Part shown: positions 25,737 to 42,000 of the stretch, piece after piece | Position numbering within the stretch: position 1 is the first letter of the stretch | Layout of the letters: each line of letters starts with the position of its first letter | DNA from: Bugula neritina | Lineage: Eukaryota > Animalia > Bryozoa | Length of the DNA: 64,000 nucleotides | Assembly (NCBI GenBank): GCA_964035545.1 | Contig: OZ037766.1 | Span: 6,748,722 to 6,812,721, forward strand | Direction: 5' to 3' | Translations under genes and position numbers: made by a program | The notes under the pieces: model-generated | What the model was told of the DNA's origin: nothing | What the model saw: only the letters and a program-made list of their open reading frames with translations | Database searches by the model: none

Positions 25737-28379
25737 TGCCAACTAAAGCATATTCCACGATGAGGTAATGTATACATGGAGAAGATATGCAGAAAAGCAA
25801 GCATGTTGTGTTTTAATGCGTAGTACTACGTATAGGTACACTAACTTAAACAAATTATATTATAACACCATATTTTAACATGTATAACCAGTTCAGGCTA
25901 ACATCACAAATTAAATCAACAAATTTGAAAATCATTCAAGAAAATCACTTAAAAATACTGGAAAAAATCTTTGCTTCATGTCAATCCAAAGAAAACCGTT
26001 CTATAATTATTTTATGTTTGCTTGAAAACAGACAAGATATAAAATTTTTCTAAATTAATAGCTGTTGTCACTACAACAGCAAAAAAAGAAAACAATACAT
26101 ATAACTTCAATTAAAGCTGCTTCAACGAAGTTTAAAGCTGTTACAAGCTGTGGAAACTGCAAAAAAAGAATATCTGAAAGAGAAGTAAATGTCGTACTCC
26201 TAAATATATATAAATCTGTACATCTATCAAATGACATTTCTTCTACAAGCAAAAAGTGTTCAAGTGTTGTAGTTTCAGCAAACACCTATCCCACTTACCT
26301 GCGGTCTTGTCAATAGGCTTAGACTAAGTTGTTAAGGGAATTTATATAATCACTGGTAAGTTTTTCTTATCTGCCTTTGACCGGTCAGGCACTTGAGATA
26401 TAAGCTGACATTGCTCCCAATGCCTAGAAAGAAATATTACATGTTTATAGTGATGTGGAAGCCTGTATATGATATCTTAATATCTATCAGGCTTTGTGTG
26501 TTGAGACAAAAATAGACAGGAGGACTTCTTGTTGAAGCAAACTCTAAAGGTTAAGATTAAAAGCACCAATCTTTGAAGTAATCTACCAACGTATCATGCG
26601 TACAAAACGTGAATTTTTTATTTATGAGTGTGAAAAGCATGACTTTTTAGGAGAAACAACACTCTCTTCTTTTAGAGAGTAACTGTCAGGCTCAATAGAA
26701 GAAAATATGTTGCATAAGAGCCAATGAAAGTTTTTACTGCATTATTAATGGTTGAGGTACTCAACTGCCATAAGATTAGCTTTCAAAAAAGGAAAGATAC
26801 GAGAGAATGGAATTTTCTTGCCTTAAATTTCAGTTACCCGTGAGTTGGTTTAAATGATTTTAATTTGAGAAAATTTTACATTTTCATCAAATTTTTATAT
26901 TTTTTCTACAAGTTATAGAAGATCATTTTATTGGGCAACATAAATGCTAACTTCTAAAAGCACAGGTACCGAATACTAAGGTGCTACATTTTAATGCGAT
27001 ACACAAGACGGGTCTAACATGCAATGCGTTTCTAACTACAATATTTTAAGTTCAACATCATGATGCTACTTATTGGATCCTCTAATTATGTAAAATAAAT
27101 GTTTGAAAGTGGTTTTAGTAAATAACGCATTTATTAATTGGAGCCTAAAATATATTTAGTAAAATATGTATCAAATAAGATATACATAATCTTGCTTGCA
27201 TAGGCAGCTCTTCCATTATGCTATACAATTGTATTGTTTTGTACACTTTCTATAAACACTTGCTTTATAATAATATATTTGGTCATATAGACGAATAATA
27301 ACTATGGTATTTTACATTTTACGTAATATATTAGGTTATCCATCATGCTTACTTATGCGAAAAATATCATTTTTTATAGATAGATTTGTAATTGATTATT
27401 CTGCAGTTTATAATTATATAGTTTGCATTTATTTGTTAAATTTCAAGCTCTTTGTGTTTTCTCATCTACGTATGCTGGTAAGCTCAAAGAAAAACTGTAT
27501 TTGTTGAAAATAACTTTGTTTTTACTAGACTTGATATTATTTAAGTAACTTAAATATTTCACCATTTGCTTATGAGGTATAACTAAAGGTATTTGAAATG
27601 GTATATGTGGTATATGAATTAGGAATGTTGGCTCTAAAATTTTAGTACTTTGAACAATGCCTTTACTTTAATTCTATATATTCTATATTTTCTTCTAACA
27701 TATTTTCATGTTGAGCAGCATAAGAAGATTTCTAAATGTTTAAAAGATCAAATGCCTTCAATTTTAAACTATTTCGGATAAATAAACAACCTAAGAAATT
27801 GTATGAGTTATGTATGTATGATTTATGCGTATTGGACTATTTACTTTGACTAAATTTTATCAGTATTTTTGAAAAATAACAATACAGAACTACTGAAGTG
27901 TCTAGCAGCTATTTTACTTTGACTTACTTATAATTATACTGCTGGAGGTACTCTAATTTTGATTGCAAGTTTTCGCAAAGCAAAAGTGGTCACTCAATGT
28001 CTCAAGGTCTACAACAGCCAAATTCTCAGTTATTGATAGTGCTTCAACACCCTGTACAACCTCATGTCTTATCACAAATAGCTGTAAGTGTGAAGACAAA
28101 TAGCTGTAAAACAATGAATAAAAATTGGATTATTTACCGTTAGTCTAAGTCAGTCATTCTCATTGCGAATCCATAGTTGAGAACTAATGAAACTACAACC
28201 ACAGTATAAATATAAATTCGCTAAACATAAACTGACTAGCCTCCCGCACAGCCTGAGCCTCTGGATCCTGTTTGCTTTTAGTGTTCATTAATCAAAATGA
28301 AAATAAAAATGTGTTACAACGTTACACCAACTTTACTGTTTATTCTTTGTTAGTTCATTAATATTATAAACAACATCAT

Positions 28380-29070
28380 TAACTCTTGTTAACTATAATA
28401 ACCATAATATTTAATATTAATAGTTACTAAGAGTAGGTTACGGTTACTTATTCTTAACTTAGAGTCAAAGTTTTAGTAAGGTTCTCAGGATGCTCCAAGT
28501 TGAAGATACAAACAAAATGAAAACGACTTTACAGCAACTATTACTATCACTATCAGTAAATTAAATTTCCTGTCAGTGTGAGTGTCGGTCGCAGTAGCAG
28601 TCACTATGACAATAGCCATAGTCAAGATGAAAAGTAAGATAAGATTACTCAAGATTCATGTTTGCAAGAGTTCAGTAACGTAAGACAAGAGTAAGATTAT
28701 CAGTATATTATTATTCCTACACTTACTAACTCTTACTATTACTATTAGTATTAGAGCTAGTATCAATATGAGTATGAGCATAACACTAACTGTAACTTAC
28801 AGTAACACTAACAGTGTCACTGTCAGTGAGTCACACCCTCACTCTGATTCATACTGGTACTGATACTCTAACTAGTTACTGATTACTCAGTCAGTGTCAC
28901 AGTGAGTGTGACACTGACAGTCATACTCATATTGATACTCATAGTCATAGTGATAGACTAACAGTGAGTAACAGTAACACTAACAGTAACTCTGAAGACT
29001 GACTACGTCTACTGAGGAATCATCAGGGTTATGATTATGATAATCATAATCAGTGATTATGATAGAACTT
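28380..29070. repeat. Degenerate 6-bp-period tract
   Basis: e.g. catactcatattgatactcatagtcatagtgatag, aacagtaacactaacagtaac; boundaries approximate. Confidence 0.8.
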
Positions 29071-29225
29071 TTACAACTTATTAACTGTTATTAAAGGAAA
29101 AGTTTATTTTTTTCACCAAGGCTTATATTATAATAATAGGGCTAAGTAAACTGCATATAATAATTTAAATTATTATAATATTTTTCTCTACCTCGTCAGT
29201 TGACGAAGCTAGTGGAAATCGTTTA

Positions 29226-29317
29226 AAGCAACACGGAGTTGGTGGTCACCTCGAGGTTAAGGAAAACTATGTGTATACAAATACTGTGCGCAATCACTCT
29301 GATATTGGTGCTGCTTC
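29226..29317. repeat. Family P palindromic element, degenerate copy
   Basis: aagcaacacggagttggtggtcac / atcactctgatattggtgctgcttc; ends gctgcttcta like the copy at 48478. Confidence 0.45.
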
Positions 29318-30033
29318 TAACGATTTATTCACATTTTACACGTGTGTAGCTGAAACGTTTATTTAATTTGGATAGCATTGGTGTAGCAGGGTGGATCTGC
29401 GTCCCAGCGTAACAATCACTATAGAAATTATTTATAAGCAGCCCTGAGTTGAGAAGGGGGGTTGACTGAGTGCAGCAGTTTGACAAGAAACTGATCACTA
29501 TAATAATATAGTATAATTATATTATGTTCTTTAAACCTTAACATGATTAAGGTAGCTAGGCAACCAATTTAAGCATAGTTACAAATTGAAAAGTTTTCAA
29601 TGAAAACCTCTATCATAGTAGTTCTAATTATGTATACCATAGGGCTAATAGTTTACCCACAAAAATAGCATTGAACTAAGACATAAAAGTACTTAAATTT
29701 TGAAATCAAAATAAGCTAGTATATTTTTGTTATCATTTATTGAAAAAAATTAATTTCAAAATACAAAAATAGATCCGGCAAAACAATAATAGCAAAATTT
29801 AAAAACATATGATGATTGTTGAAACATTATTACACATAAAATAAGAAATATAAGATTTATATAGGAAACTGACAAGTGCAAGCTATTTTATTAAAATGTC
29901 ATCAAAGTAATTATCAATTTTTTATGAAGCTGAGCATAAATCTAAATAATTTACAACAAGCAATTTTTTACAACCTACAGATTGGTAAGCATCTACTAGC
30001 AGATTACAAAAGTCAATAAACAAATTATAAAGC

Positions 30034-33000
30034 TCATGTTGGTACATTTAAGGAATCGTACTTCTGACGTTGATATTTGCAAGCAAAAACTATAGATACC
30101 ACACCCAAAAGTATTAAAACTATGGTTAAAATTAAACAAAGATAAAATGAAAAGTTTGATATGTTGTATAGATCAAGACTAGGAACCTCAGCCAAGTGAG
30201 ATGTTATGTTTGTCATATAGCCTAGAGTCCAGCCCAAACTCATATCATTAAACTGCAGAAAAAATAAGACAATTTATTACATTTGGCATACACAAACACA
30301 TACACACATACACGCATGCACACACATAAACACAAATAATGTATAAGTTCAAGCTACTGGGTTTGAGTAACTAGCTTGCACATTTGATGTTACTAAAAAT
30401 ATCAAATATAAATTTAAGAATATCAACATCCTGGCTCAGAAACTCAAGATGGCTGGCATATGTCAGCAATGTACTAGCACAGCAGGCAGCAATACTTGAT
30501 GTAATTAGATTTTCAGTACAGCAAGATAAAACAGGCAGATGACTACTGGATGAACTTTAGCCTAAACCAGATGATGTAAGCATAACTATCAGAATATTGA
30601 TGTCAAAGATGATGGGGAAAGTTACTAAGCTGTCTTAAAATGTAAACTTCCAACAAAATCCAAGCCACATTTTTCTGCAATGACTTTTTAAGACATTGCA
30701 TATAGCTTTCTGCCTGATTATTTTCAGTTTCCTTAAAGACTTTTGATCATTTTAAAAACGGATCTTCTTACAAATAACTATAATTCTCAAGGTTAAACTA
30801 TGTTCCTATTTAATTATTTTCAACTTGAGAAATTTGATAATCTTAAAAATGAAATTTTCTTATAATAATTCCCAAGATTTAGCTATGTTCAACACATTAA
30901 CAAGTTGAACCTAATAATAATTGTTTAATATACATTTAGTTTCAAAGTTGCAAAAATCAAATTAAGCAAAGCTAGCATACAGTTTCAATATTTTTAAAAT
31001 TAAAGTTTTTTTACACATATAGAATTGATTTGTAAAACAGAAGATTTTCCATATGCTAGAATTTGTTCTCTTTTGTGTATACTGTTTTCACCAGAACTTA
31101 CACTGTTAGTAAACACTACACTATCCCAGTTGTCATCACTCATCCCATAAGTCTTGGAGAGCAAGTGATGAATATATCTGGCATTAACACAAACTGTGTT
31201 CGGATCATAAAGCTTTAACTGAGAGACCTAAAATTATACAGGTATCAATACAGGTATCAATACGGGTATCAATACAGTATCTACAGTAAAATTCTACACC
31301 TGTGAAGACAATTTTTGATACCAAATTATCTACCCTGAAGTTGCCAAAAATCTTGTTTAAACTTTTATTATAAGGCTATAAAATACGTGAAGCTATAATA
31401 TACCTATGTATAGAATACATGTAGCTATATTATACCTGTATAGAATACATGTAGCTATATTATACCTGTATAGAATACATGTAGCTATATTATACCTATA
31501 TATAGTAGGGGTAAGGGGGGGGGGGGCACAACGGTCATAGGGGTACAAAAAGCCGGCCAAATTGTGAGAGAACTTATTGACTTAGAGTTGTGATTTTTTT
31601 TCATAAAAAGATATTGACATAATTATTCAGCCTCTGTAGTTTCAACACTTGCGGAACATTCGTGTTGAAAAGGCGAGTAAAAAACTGTTTTTACCTACTT
31701 TTTGTAAATTTCTTAGGATGTCGTTGAAGCCTTATAACTTTTTACACTCAAATGCAAGAAGCCTAAATTTTACTAATATTGTTGCCATTGCTTGTCTCTG
31801 CAATGCTTAACTAGTATAACAGCAAACACTGAAATAAATTTTCCTTGAGGCACATTTATTTTCGATTTGGCCACACGGGGCACAATGGGCCACGCTGACC
31901 GGGGCACAATGGGCCACCTGATTATTGCACCCTGATCACTGTTATTAGTTTGTTTGCCCAAAAAGTTGGTTGAACTGTTACTAAAATTTATAAATATAGC
32001 CATTTCTGACCTTTTTGTAAAATATCAAAGACATCATGGTAAGACTACAAAACTACAAGTTGAAGCTCCCCTAATACATACATCTGGTAAGGTTAAAGCT
32101 TTGCCATTTTATACATAATACAAAACACTCTGCTGTTGCTACTAGTAGATAGTCATGATAATCATTATATATTACACCATTGAGGGAATATACATGCATT
32201 TGACTGAAATAAATTGTGATTTGCTAATTTGCTCCCCCCTCTCCCTTCCGTACTCCAGTCACAAACCTCAGCCATGCATGCACCTTAGCTACAGTTCATT
32301 GAAAAAAGTTCACTCAGAATTTTGTAGTACATTTTAGTAAAGTTTTTTTTAATAAACGTTGCTCTGAAGTGAAAATAACAAAACATTTTTAGTTTTAAAC
32401 AGTAATGATAATGGCACTGCAGAACTGAGTGACGTGCGTTTGATTTTGCCTTCCTCTGCTATCCGTAGTGGCACAAACTGTACAGCTAAAACATGAATTT
32501 TGCTGTAAATCTGAAAGAGTATCTTTATTTATTTGTATTATTAAATAAATAAAGATCAGATATAACAAAATACGCAAAATTTCAATATATTTGTTGCGTT
32601 CCACCCAGTGGCCCATTGTACCCCGGTACCGGGGCACAATGGGCCAATTTTTTCGTCATGAAAATTTCATTATTCTGAAAGTTGTGAAAGAGATAGAAAC
32701 AACAAACTGGTACCTGTAATAGACAACAGATGTAGCATTAAGACTAGAGATTATTGAACTAGTAACTTGAAAAACAGACGAATGAGAGCAACAAATGCAA
32801 AATTCGGCCCGTTGTGCCCCCGTTACCCCTATATATGAAGCTATATTATACCTATACATAGAATATATGAAGCTATATTCTACATATATAAAATATATGT
32901 AGGTAAATTATTCAGACATATATATAATACTTCTAGTTATATTCAAGAAAACTTTGCACTGTCTACATGTAGTATATTTTTGTAGTAAGTTGCATATATG

Positions 33001-36000
33001 CCCAGCAAAGCAGCAACTCTGAAAAAACATCTACTCAGCTAGTATAAGTTTAGAAATATCACTACAAGGTATTTTATAGATGGGTTTAGTACTACGCACT
33101 CAATAAAATTCAAATCAATTCAATAATATTACAGCAGTTTGGAGTTGTCATCCACTTGATAATAAGCTGTATATAATATTTTAATACAGATGCAAAAACA
33201 CTTTCACATTCAATCTAAAGCCTTAATAAATAAAAGAGCAGCCCACAGCAATATTGTAATTATCTGCACCTACCACAGAGTGATTTTGTGAGCAGTAGTC
33301 TTGCATTCCTTGCAGGAAGTTGCTATAAGTTGTCTGACTGGAGGAGTTCAGAACATTTAAGTCATTCATAGTGTATGCAAATGAGCCTCTCGCCTACACA
33401 AAAGCCAAACTAAGGTCATGTAACAAAATTACAATAGTTATGGTAAAAAATTGCCTAGTTATAATATGTCACTATTCTATACTTTTGTTGTACACATTTT
33501 AAAGGGACTAACTAATGTTTACACTCAAGTGATGCTACAAACAAAATAAATATATAGAGAAATACAGCAGTGAAGTAGTTTAGAATGCTCAAAGTACAGT
33601 AGTTGTATTATGAAAAAGCCGACCTACGGTATAGGACAACTCTCCTAATTTTGATAAAAAAACCAGTAAATATTATTTGTTTTGTCATAAACATGGCAAG
33701 ATATGTGAGAAACATAAGTGATGAGAGATTTACTGAATGCGAACTCACCACAAATCTGTCGGGCAGTGGAGGTATGGTGATATTAGGAAAGGTCTGATTA
33801 AATAAATCAGAAATTAAATTCTCACATTGCTCTGCGTTTCCAGTGCCAACTATAGTCATACTTGAGTTCTGTAAGACAGCAGAATAGAGGTCACAAACTG
33901 CTGCCAGACACAACGCAACAGCATCTCCTTACACAATACATAACATATACTACATGGTAGTAAAATTATATATCATATTAATGTATCATATAGTATATAA
34001 TATATCATATTATTGTATATTGTATATACTACATATCATTTTATTGTATTATATAGTACATGTATGCAGTATACCATATTAATGTATTATACAGTATATA
34101 GTACATTATATTAATGTATTGCATAGTTTATAGCATACTTAGTGCAATGTGATCCTTCTTGAAATTTCATATAACAAAGCTTTTGAAAAATATGGTAAGG
34201 CTAATGATAATTTTAGAAATCTTGACTGGGCAAGTAGTTGGTTGACAGAAAGCAACACCAAAAACATATAATAGCAGTTTTTATTGTATTCCTGTTGATA
34301 TTTTAATCAAAACAAGATATTGGAGCACAAATGCCAGGTATGTGGGCTTTTACAAACCTCACCTGGGAATTCACACTCATGTATTTTACCAACTTATAAA
34401 TCTCCGTCACATTATACTTTGACAGATGTTATTGTATATTCCTATGAGTATTATACCAAGTTTATGTGGCTGTTTTTCAATAAATTTGCACCAATAATTT
34501 TGTGATTTATACAATGCCATGTTAAACTTACTAGCTCCGTAATATACATTGAAGCAATTGTTACAATTTTGCCTTCAGAAATTATTTAACTTGGAAATAA
34601 AAAAGATTGTGGGATAAAATATTTATCAGAATAAATATAGTGATACTAAGTAACACTGAATATGAATCCATTACATAATAGGTCACCTGAGGTGTTGATG
34701 AAGCAAATTTTTCAGTACAAGATGATTTGAACATGTTGCTATAAGTTTTATTTACTGTGTAACCAACGGCAAAGCAAGGGTGATGCAGCTCTCCCTCATA
34801 ATTATTTTTCTACAAATAAGAAACATAGTATTAGATTGGTCCAGAATTAATTAATTGGTACACATTTTTCAAAATGGTAAAAAAAGCTACATGTACCCAA
34901 ATTAGAAATACTGTATAGAGAATAATCCTGAACTAAATTACAAAGATGAACATCCTTCAAATTAGAATTTAAATTATATATGTAAATAAATGCACTTCTG
35001 GTAAGAAGCAGCTGCCTAACTAGATACTTCACTTCCAGTATCTAAACTCAGAGAAAACATTCTCAAAAAAAAATGTTTAGAAACATTAAAATAGTAAATT
35101 GTTAAAAATTATGTAATGAGATAGAACACATAGCACACATAAGGATCTGGGTATTGTTACCTTAGCTAATATAGCCAATAATTGTTTTCTCATCTCTCCA
35201 GCACCATAACAAAGGAAGCTGTCCGCGAACAGAGCAAGCTGCTGGTTAAAAAGAGTGACTTTGCTTGTCTCTATGCTAGGAGATGAAGGGTTCGAGACAG
35301 CAAATACTATTTGAGTGGATGCCCCACCTAGATCCAGTGTTCCCAAAGTAGAGGCATTGCCTTTCGGTAGAACTGGAGACCACTTGGGCAGCAGTGACTA
35401 TAATCATAAAAAGAGAGGATATATCCAACAAACTAAAACTTATTTCAGTTTGTAACTACCTTTTCCAAGGGTGTTTAGGATAGCTATGGACTTAAAGCTA
35501 TAACATAGTTTGAGGCCTTCAAATGTAGCACAGGGGCAATGTTGCAATAAATCTAAACTAAATAAGCAGTAGAAAAGCTTTCTGAACGCAGTTTTATTTA
35601 TAATTATAGCTTAATATTTCAGCAACACTCAACCTAAAACTTTATGAGAGAACTTACAATTCCTAGTGAGCCAACTACATAATTGGCTGTTATCCATAAT
35701 CCTATTCCTTCCTCAGCTCCACTCAGAATTTTAGCCTGTTGGTTCAAGTCGATGATTTTGTAGCCGGAGGACCTGAACTCCTCTCGAACTGATTGCAGTA
35801 TCATTGATGAAGCACTTGGGTTACTCTCACTAAAACAGTTGACCACCAATAAACCTGGTGCAGCAAATGGTAATCGCCCACCAGAACCCATACAATAGAA
35901 TCCCTCTATAAGCAGCTTGGAGTTGGGGGTGGCTGAGCGCAGTAGTTTGGGATTCTTGACTTTGGAGTTGGAAGTTAAAGTTGGAACTTGGAACCCACAA

Positions 36001-39000
36001 CTCCAAACTTGAGAATCCCAAACTACAGCACTCAGCCACCCCTGAGCTGCTTATAGAATGATTATTTACAATTCGTATAGTTAAGCCATCTCTGATCTAC
36101 TCATACTAGCAAGTCTTGCACCAACCAGGAGAATAACTCCAGACTCTGTGATGTGAGAAACAATGAACTCACTGGCCACCCGGATAACTCAAGTTACATA
36201 ATTATCAGCTTTTGATGATTGAGTAATAATAGAGTCAATCAGGGTGTCATTAGTTCAATGATGGAAACCAAACCGAATGGATTAATAGTGAGAGGTCTGA
36301 GGCTTGCGAAGTGCAGCACAAAGTTTGGGGTCACTGACTGCAGTGTTTGTATAAAAATTTTGAGACCCCCAGGCCTCAACCACTACACTCAGTAACCCTG
36401 AACTCTGCGCTGCATTAGGCAATTTCCAAGTGGTCTGAGGTAGATGCAGAGAGTGAACTTAGAAAAGGTGGGGGAGGTTATTAATTAGTGTAGTAATGAC
36501 TCTGATTAATAGTTAATGACCTAGACAAAGGTCAACTTTTACAAATTACAAACTAGTAGCTTTTCTTCTTACAGCAAAAAGAATATGCAACACCTTCCAA
36601 TCTATCTGACTTCGCAGTCAATTTGAAAGATAATGGTTGTTAATCAGCCTTGTATCATGTGACGGCATAGCAATATTTTTCAAGTCCACATTGATTTCAA
36701 AATAAAAAAAGTTGAACCAAACAATATAATTGAAACTGGCAGGTATGTATAATTCTCCTCAACAATTTGATACACCTTTGTAACTGAGGAATCATAGCTG
36801 CCTTACTGCTCACTCAACCACATTCCAGTCACTCTCAAAATGAACACATAAGTGGTGCGACATACTTAAGGACCCGCATACCAGCTGTAGCGCCAAGGTA
36901 TAGAGGGGTGTAGCCTTTGATAAACAGGGGTAGCTCATCGGCAGCCTTGTTTAGACAGTCTTCCAGAGCCGGTCCGGCAGCAGAAGGGTTGCTGTCAAAG
37001 TCGGCCAGCGGTCCAGCTGCACAACAGAAAGAATAGAGAACTTCTGCTAATGGCTAATGGCTACTGCGTGCTTGTCCCAAGAGAGCATTACAAATATTCA
37101 CTTATTTATAAGGAAAAATATCAAATACAGGGTTCATTGCAGTACGTATTGGTCACAGAGTGCAGCAGAGGAGGCGTGTACTGTACTGTACTGTATTCAT
37201 TGTAACAAATATCTCTGTACAACATTGACTTGTGCTGAGAAACTTTAAAAAACAAATTCTGAAAAAAATTGGTTTTATTGATTGAAAAGCAGCTAAAAAC
37301 TAGAATCCCATATATTGTGTGTATTCAGATATATTATATATATGTGCAATATATTAGATTATAGATCAGTTTTATGCAAATTCCTAAAAGTAACCTAAAT
37401 ATAACAATCCTTGTTTTGTTTCATTGATTATTCTAAGTGTGGAAAACCATTAAAATACCATTATAATATTATATATAATATAATATTCTACTTGAAACTT
37501 AAAGTGGCAGTTACATTTAAAGGCTAGATAATGTAGTTTAATAGAGCAATGGTTAAAACTGATACTATTGACTTAAAGGCATCAAATTGAGAGAAAAAAA
37601 TTATTGGCAAAATAATTAACATACTGGCTGGCAATGATGGGTTCACGCATCCAATTAAATAGTTATTTGAGCTGATGTAATACACCACCAAGCCAACACC
37701 ACAGAAGGTGGTTAAATAAATTCATGCCACATGGATTCCTATACTACCCAGGAGATAACGTTTAGCCACTCTTAATTTATTTGCAGTATAGAAATGTCTT
37801 TAATAACATCTGTTTACATCTGAGTTGAATATCCTGCTATGATATAATTGCTACATTCACACACCACTTCCTATTATTCATACCGCCAGTAATGATGGAC
37901 TTGATATTATACTACAACCTATGGTTAGCTCGTGATTTTGACTTATTCTATAGCATGGCATATCATTCTTGCAAAAGATTACTAAACAGAGAAATCTTTC
38001 AACAGCAGCCTTGCATATGAGAATGAATCATGGCCAAAGTGTTGCAAGTTATTACCAAAAGTCCAAAACAGTGAATTGTTCACAAATAAACTTTGCAGAC
38101 AGATCAAATTTTTCTGGGGTCATTAACACCATATACCTGAGAGCCTGTATTCTCTCAAGTTCTCAATTAGGGGCGTCAATTTCCCCCAACCTGCTTTACT
38201 GGCAACTTGATTTGAGTCATTTTATACTCCATTACATTTTATGTCCAGTAAAATAATTATATTTAAGCACAGAAATAACATTTACCTCATTTGTCATTAA
38301 AGAGATCAATGTCAAATAGAAAAATTAAGGTTGGATAACACAAAGTTCAGTTGAAATTGTGTTTCAATTGAATCAATGTTTCAATTTAAGTTACAATCTG
38401 CTAAATCAATATTATTTCATCTATAAAAGCTGTGAGGTCCATAGTTGCTAAACTGTTGATGGTTAAAAGTAGATATTCAATTATATACTTTGAATATTAT
38501 TCATAGAATAATCTTTTAAAACTTATAAATATCTGCTTCCAATCGGCCCCAAGTGCTTAGCAATTACAGATTGTAAGTTTAACTAATCCAGGTCTTTATT
38601 AACTGGTGTGAGTCAGATGCCCAGGTATGAATGATTGGTTGTATTACGACTTATCTGAACAATATAGTTAATTAGTAGTAAAGATGGAAGTATGAAAGCC
38701 ACTGCTTACCGTCTACCTCACACGATATCACTTCTTTCACTTCTCCTGTGTTATTAGTCTTCGTACTGTTCCACTTGTACAGGTACATGGAAGTGTGAGA
38801 TGAGCCAGCGTCAAAAACTATGCCATACTACAGCGTCATAAACAACACACATCTATACGTAAGAAGACGAGCCAATAGAGAATCATATCTCCTAGGACCT
38901 AGACTAAAGAAGTAAACTGTAGGACGCAACTATTTGTTATTATACTCGCAGAACTAAAATAGTTATTTGAAAGTATGCTATAAAATATCATTAAATTTTT

Positions 39001-42000
39001 ACTTCCATTGTTAGGTTTGTGGACAAATGACTGCTCTTTGCAGAAAACATATTTTTACAAAACAGGAAATATAAGATATTTGCGTATTAATTTTGATGGA
39101 GGAAAAAATAGGAGATGAATCTCTTTATTGTTGTAGACATATTCCACCCCCACCTCACCTCCATCCCACCCCCACCTCACCTCCACCTCACCCCATCTCA
39201 CCCCAACTCTACATGATTGTAAAAACTTCATACAACTTCATACAATGATATAATTTAATTAGTTTAGATGATGGATGATCTTTAACATGTCAAAATTGTG
39301 TTACAACTTTTATTACAACTGTGCCAACAAGAAACTGTAACAGGAGCTGAGTTGGAATTAAACTAATATAAATTCTAAACGCCCCACGCCTACAATTCGT
39401 GAAATGAAAATGTAGCAAAAAGTAATCTAGAGGTAACCCAGGAACTTTCTAGATTCAAATTACAAAAGATAAACATTAGAGGTAATTCATAGCTAAGGAG
39501 ATATTTATACACTGCAATAAAACCTTCAGAAGGAAAAGGGCAAATTCTTAACTGCCCAAGTGCATTTACTAGAAATGGTTTAAATAACTTGAGGTAGTTT
39601 GCTTGAGAGTTCAATTATTGCCAGAGTTTGTGAAGATAAAGGGCGCAAAATGACTTGTACCTCATTTGATGAAATGTAAGTTGCGAATTTCAAGCCGAGA
39701 ATAATGGCCAGTCCTCCAAGGCCCACCACCAGGAATACTACAGCCAGAGCAATAAATACGTTCTTTCTTTTCCTGCTCTTCTGTCTGGCAAAAGAATAAC
39801 CATGTGAACACAAGTGAAATACAAATCAATGTGTTTAATGAATTATTACTGTAAGGAATCTCGCCAAATTAGTTATCTTTTTGAGATGGAAATGCTTATA
39901 GGCAAAAGAAAAATAGTTTGTTTAAATGCAGGCTACCTTTATAATACTAAATCTAACTAATATTATATTCTATTGGTGAATTTAATACTTGAGCCCACCT
40001 AAAATTATAAGGCACTGGAGTACCCCAGAAATTTTCAACGCCAGAAATCAATATAATATTTTTATAAATTTAAGATTATAATCAATATAAAAATGTTGCA
40101 TAGATAACAAAAAAATTGTAGCTAGCAGGATAGATAGTTTAAAATAAGCTACACACTGCAACCAACTTCCTTTACAATAATTATAAGAGCAAACTACAAC
40201 AGTTATTCAATAGAATAACAGGTTTTAATAACAACCTGTGTGTATCAGTAAGTTAATATAACAGGTTTCAGTTACATTATCTGAACTTTCCCTCCTTTGT
40301 GTGATGGTTGCACCTTTGATTTTATTAACCCAAATTGCATCAAGGAACATAAAATATCAATTATATAGTACAGCTAATGAGATGGGATGAAGGAAACAGT
40401 GCAAAGCTGCAAAACACAAGTACATTAATGAGTAAAAAACCTCATTACTATAAGACAGTCTATAATAAATTATATAATATAAAAATATTTATATAATAAA
40501 TCAAGTATTTGGACAGTAATACTGCCTATTAATGAGAGATAGATAGGATACCAGCAGCAAACTCAACATTTCCACAAAGAAAATATGATCCACCAGCAGA
40601 TATCCCTCAGTGGATGGTTATATAATAGGTCGATAAGCAATCTCTGAACTTAGTGAACAGAGCTTAGCAAGAGAGTAAAACTATGTACACTCCCTGAACT
40701 GTGCACAGTAGCAAAACTTCTGCCTTTCCATACATAGCAGTGATGTAACCATAGCTATGGTACTTAGGTGTTCCTTACTGAAATCTGCCTATGAATATCA
40801 AGTACATAGGCTGCTGGGCCATGTAACACCTTGACTTAAGTTGACTTGAGAAGTAGAAGTAGAAGTGGTATATAAAAGAAGGAATACATTTTCCAGATCT
40901 TTCCAAGAGGTCATTAGCGGGGCTGGCCAGCTGCTGCTTTATTTGCATAAGTAGAAATTTATATGGAGGAAGTGTTACATATTTGGGTGACAGTATTTGA
41001 GGCAGATGCAAGCCATCTTTTTGAATTATGCATAATGATGAATTACTAAAATGTTCCAGCATAGTAGTCACTACTAGTAGACACAAAAACATGCCGTAAG
41101 ACCAGTCATGGTATTTCAGGAGTTAGTCTTATGATGCAGTGTGATGACACTTTTGATGGTATTTTGACATTTTAGTATTGTTTCAGCTTGTCGTAAATGA
41201 CATGGCAATATGCACCACCATTAGTCACCCTTTACCCTGAGATATTTTGTAGCATCTATAGGTAACATTTTATAAAGGTACGTATGATCATTTCCTTCAG
41301 TTCTATCATAAATATGTGGGATAAACTGTAGGCATTTAATAGGGGCCATAAACTATGTTAGTTGTGTTGCTCAACAACCCAATACACATAGCTTAGAAAT
41401 TAAATGTGCAGCACTTGAGACCAGACTCAACTGTGCACAGCTCTCGCCAAGAGCTTCAGCTCCTTACAGGCTAAAATAAAAAATAGTCTTATTTCACTGA
41501 GCTGAACAAACTCGGCACTACTATATACTATTTACTCTCAAAAGAACTATATATTATTCTATCTACAGTTGTATAGGACTATGTGGAGGATTGTGGTATT
41601 GCCCTGTGTAGACGTTGAGATATTGTAGTATTCAAATCACTATTTTTGTTATAGCTTGAGCTGTCAACACTAGGTTTTTTTGTGATGCTAGACATGAGAA
41701 TAAACTTATGTGGTAAGGCATATTAACATTGCTAGTATATGTAGTAGTAGTAGTCTAACCCACTGATTATATAGATAGGTTCCCACACTAGGTCCAAAAG
41801 AGCAATGAGATAAAACAGCCATCTCACATTGTTCTGGGACCTTTGCATTTCCTCTTAAACTGCACAATTTATTTATTCAAGCAACTGCTATTTTTTTAGA
41901 GCTCAGTCTTTCAAAGGCGTAGTCAAAAGGGGCAATTTTTTATTGTACACAATTAGGCACTGTAATAAACACTAAAAATCACCTATACACATGTTAATTC

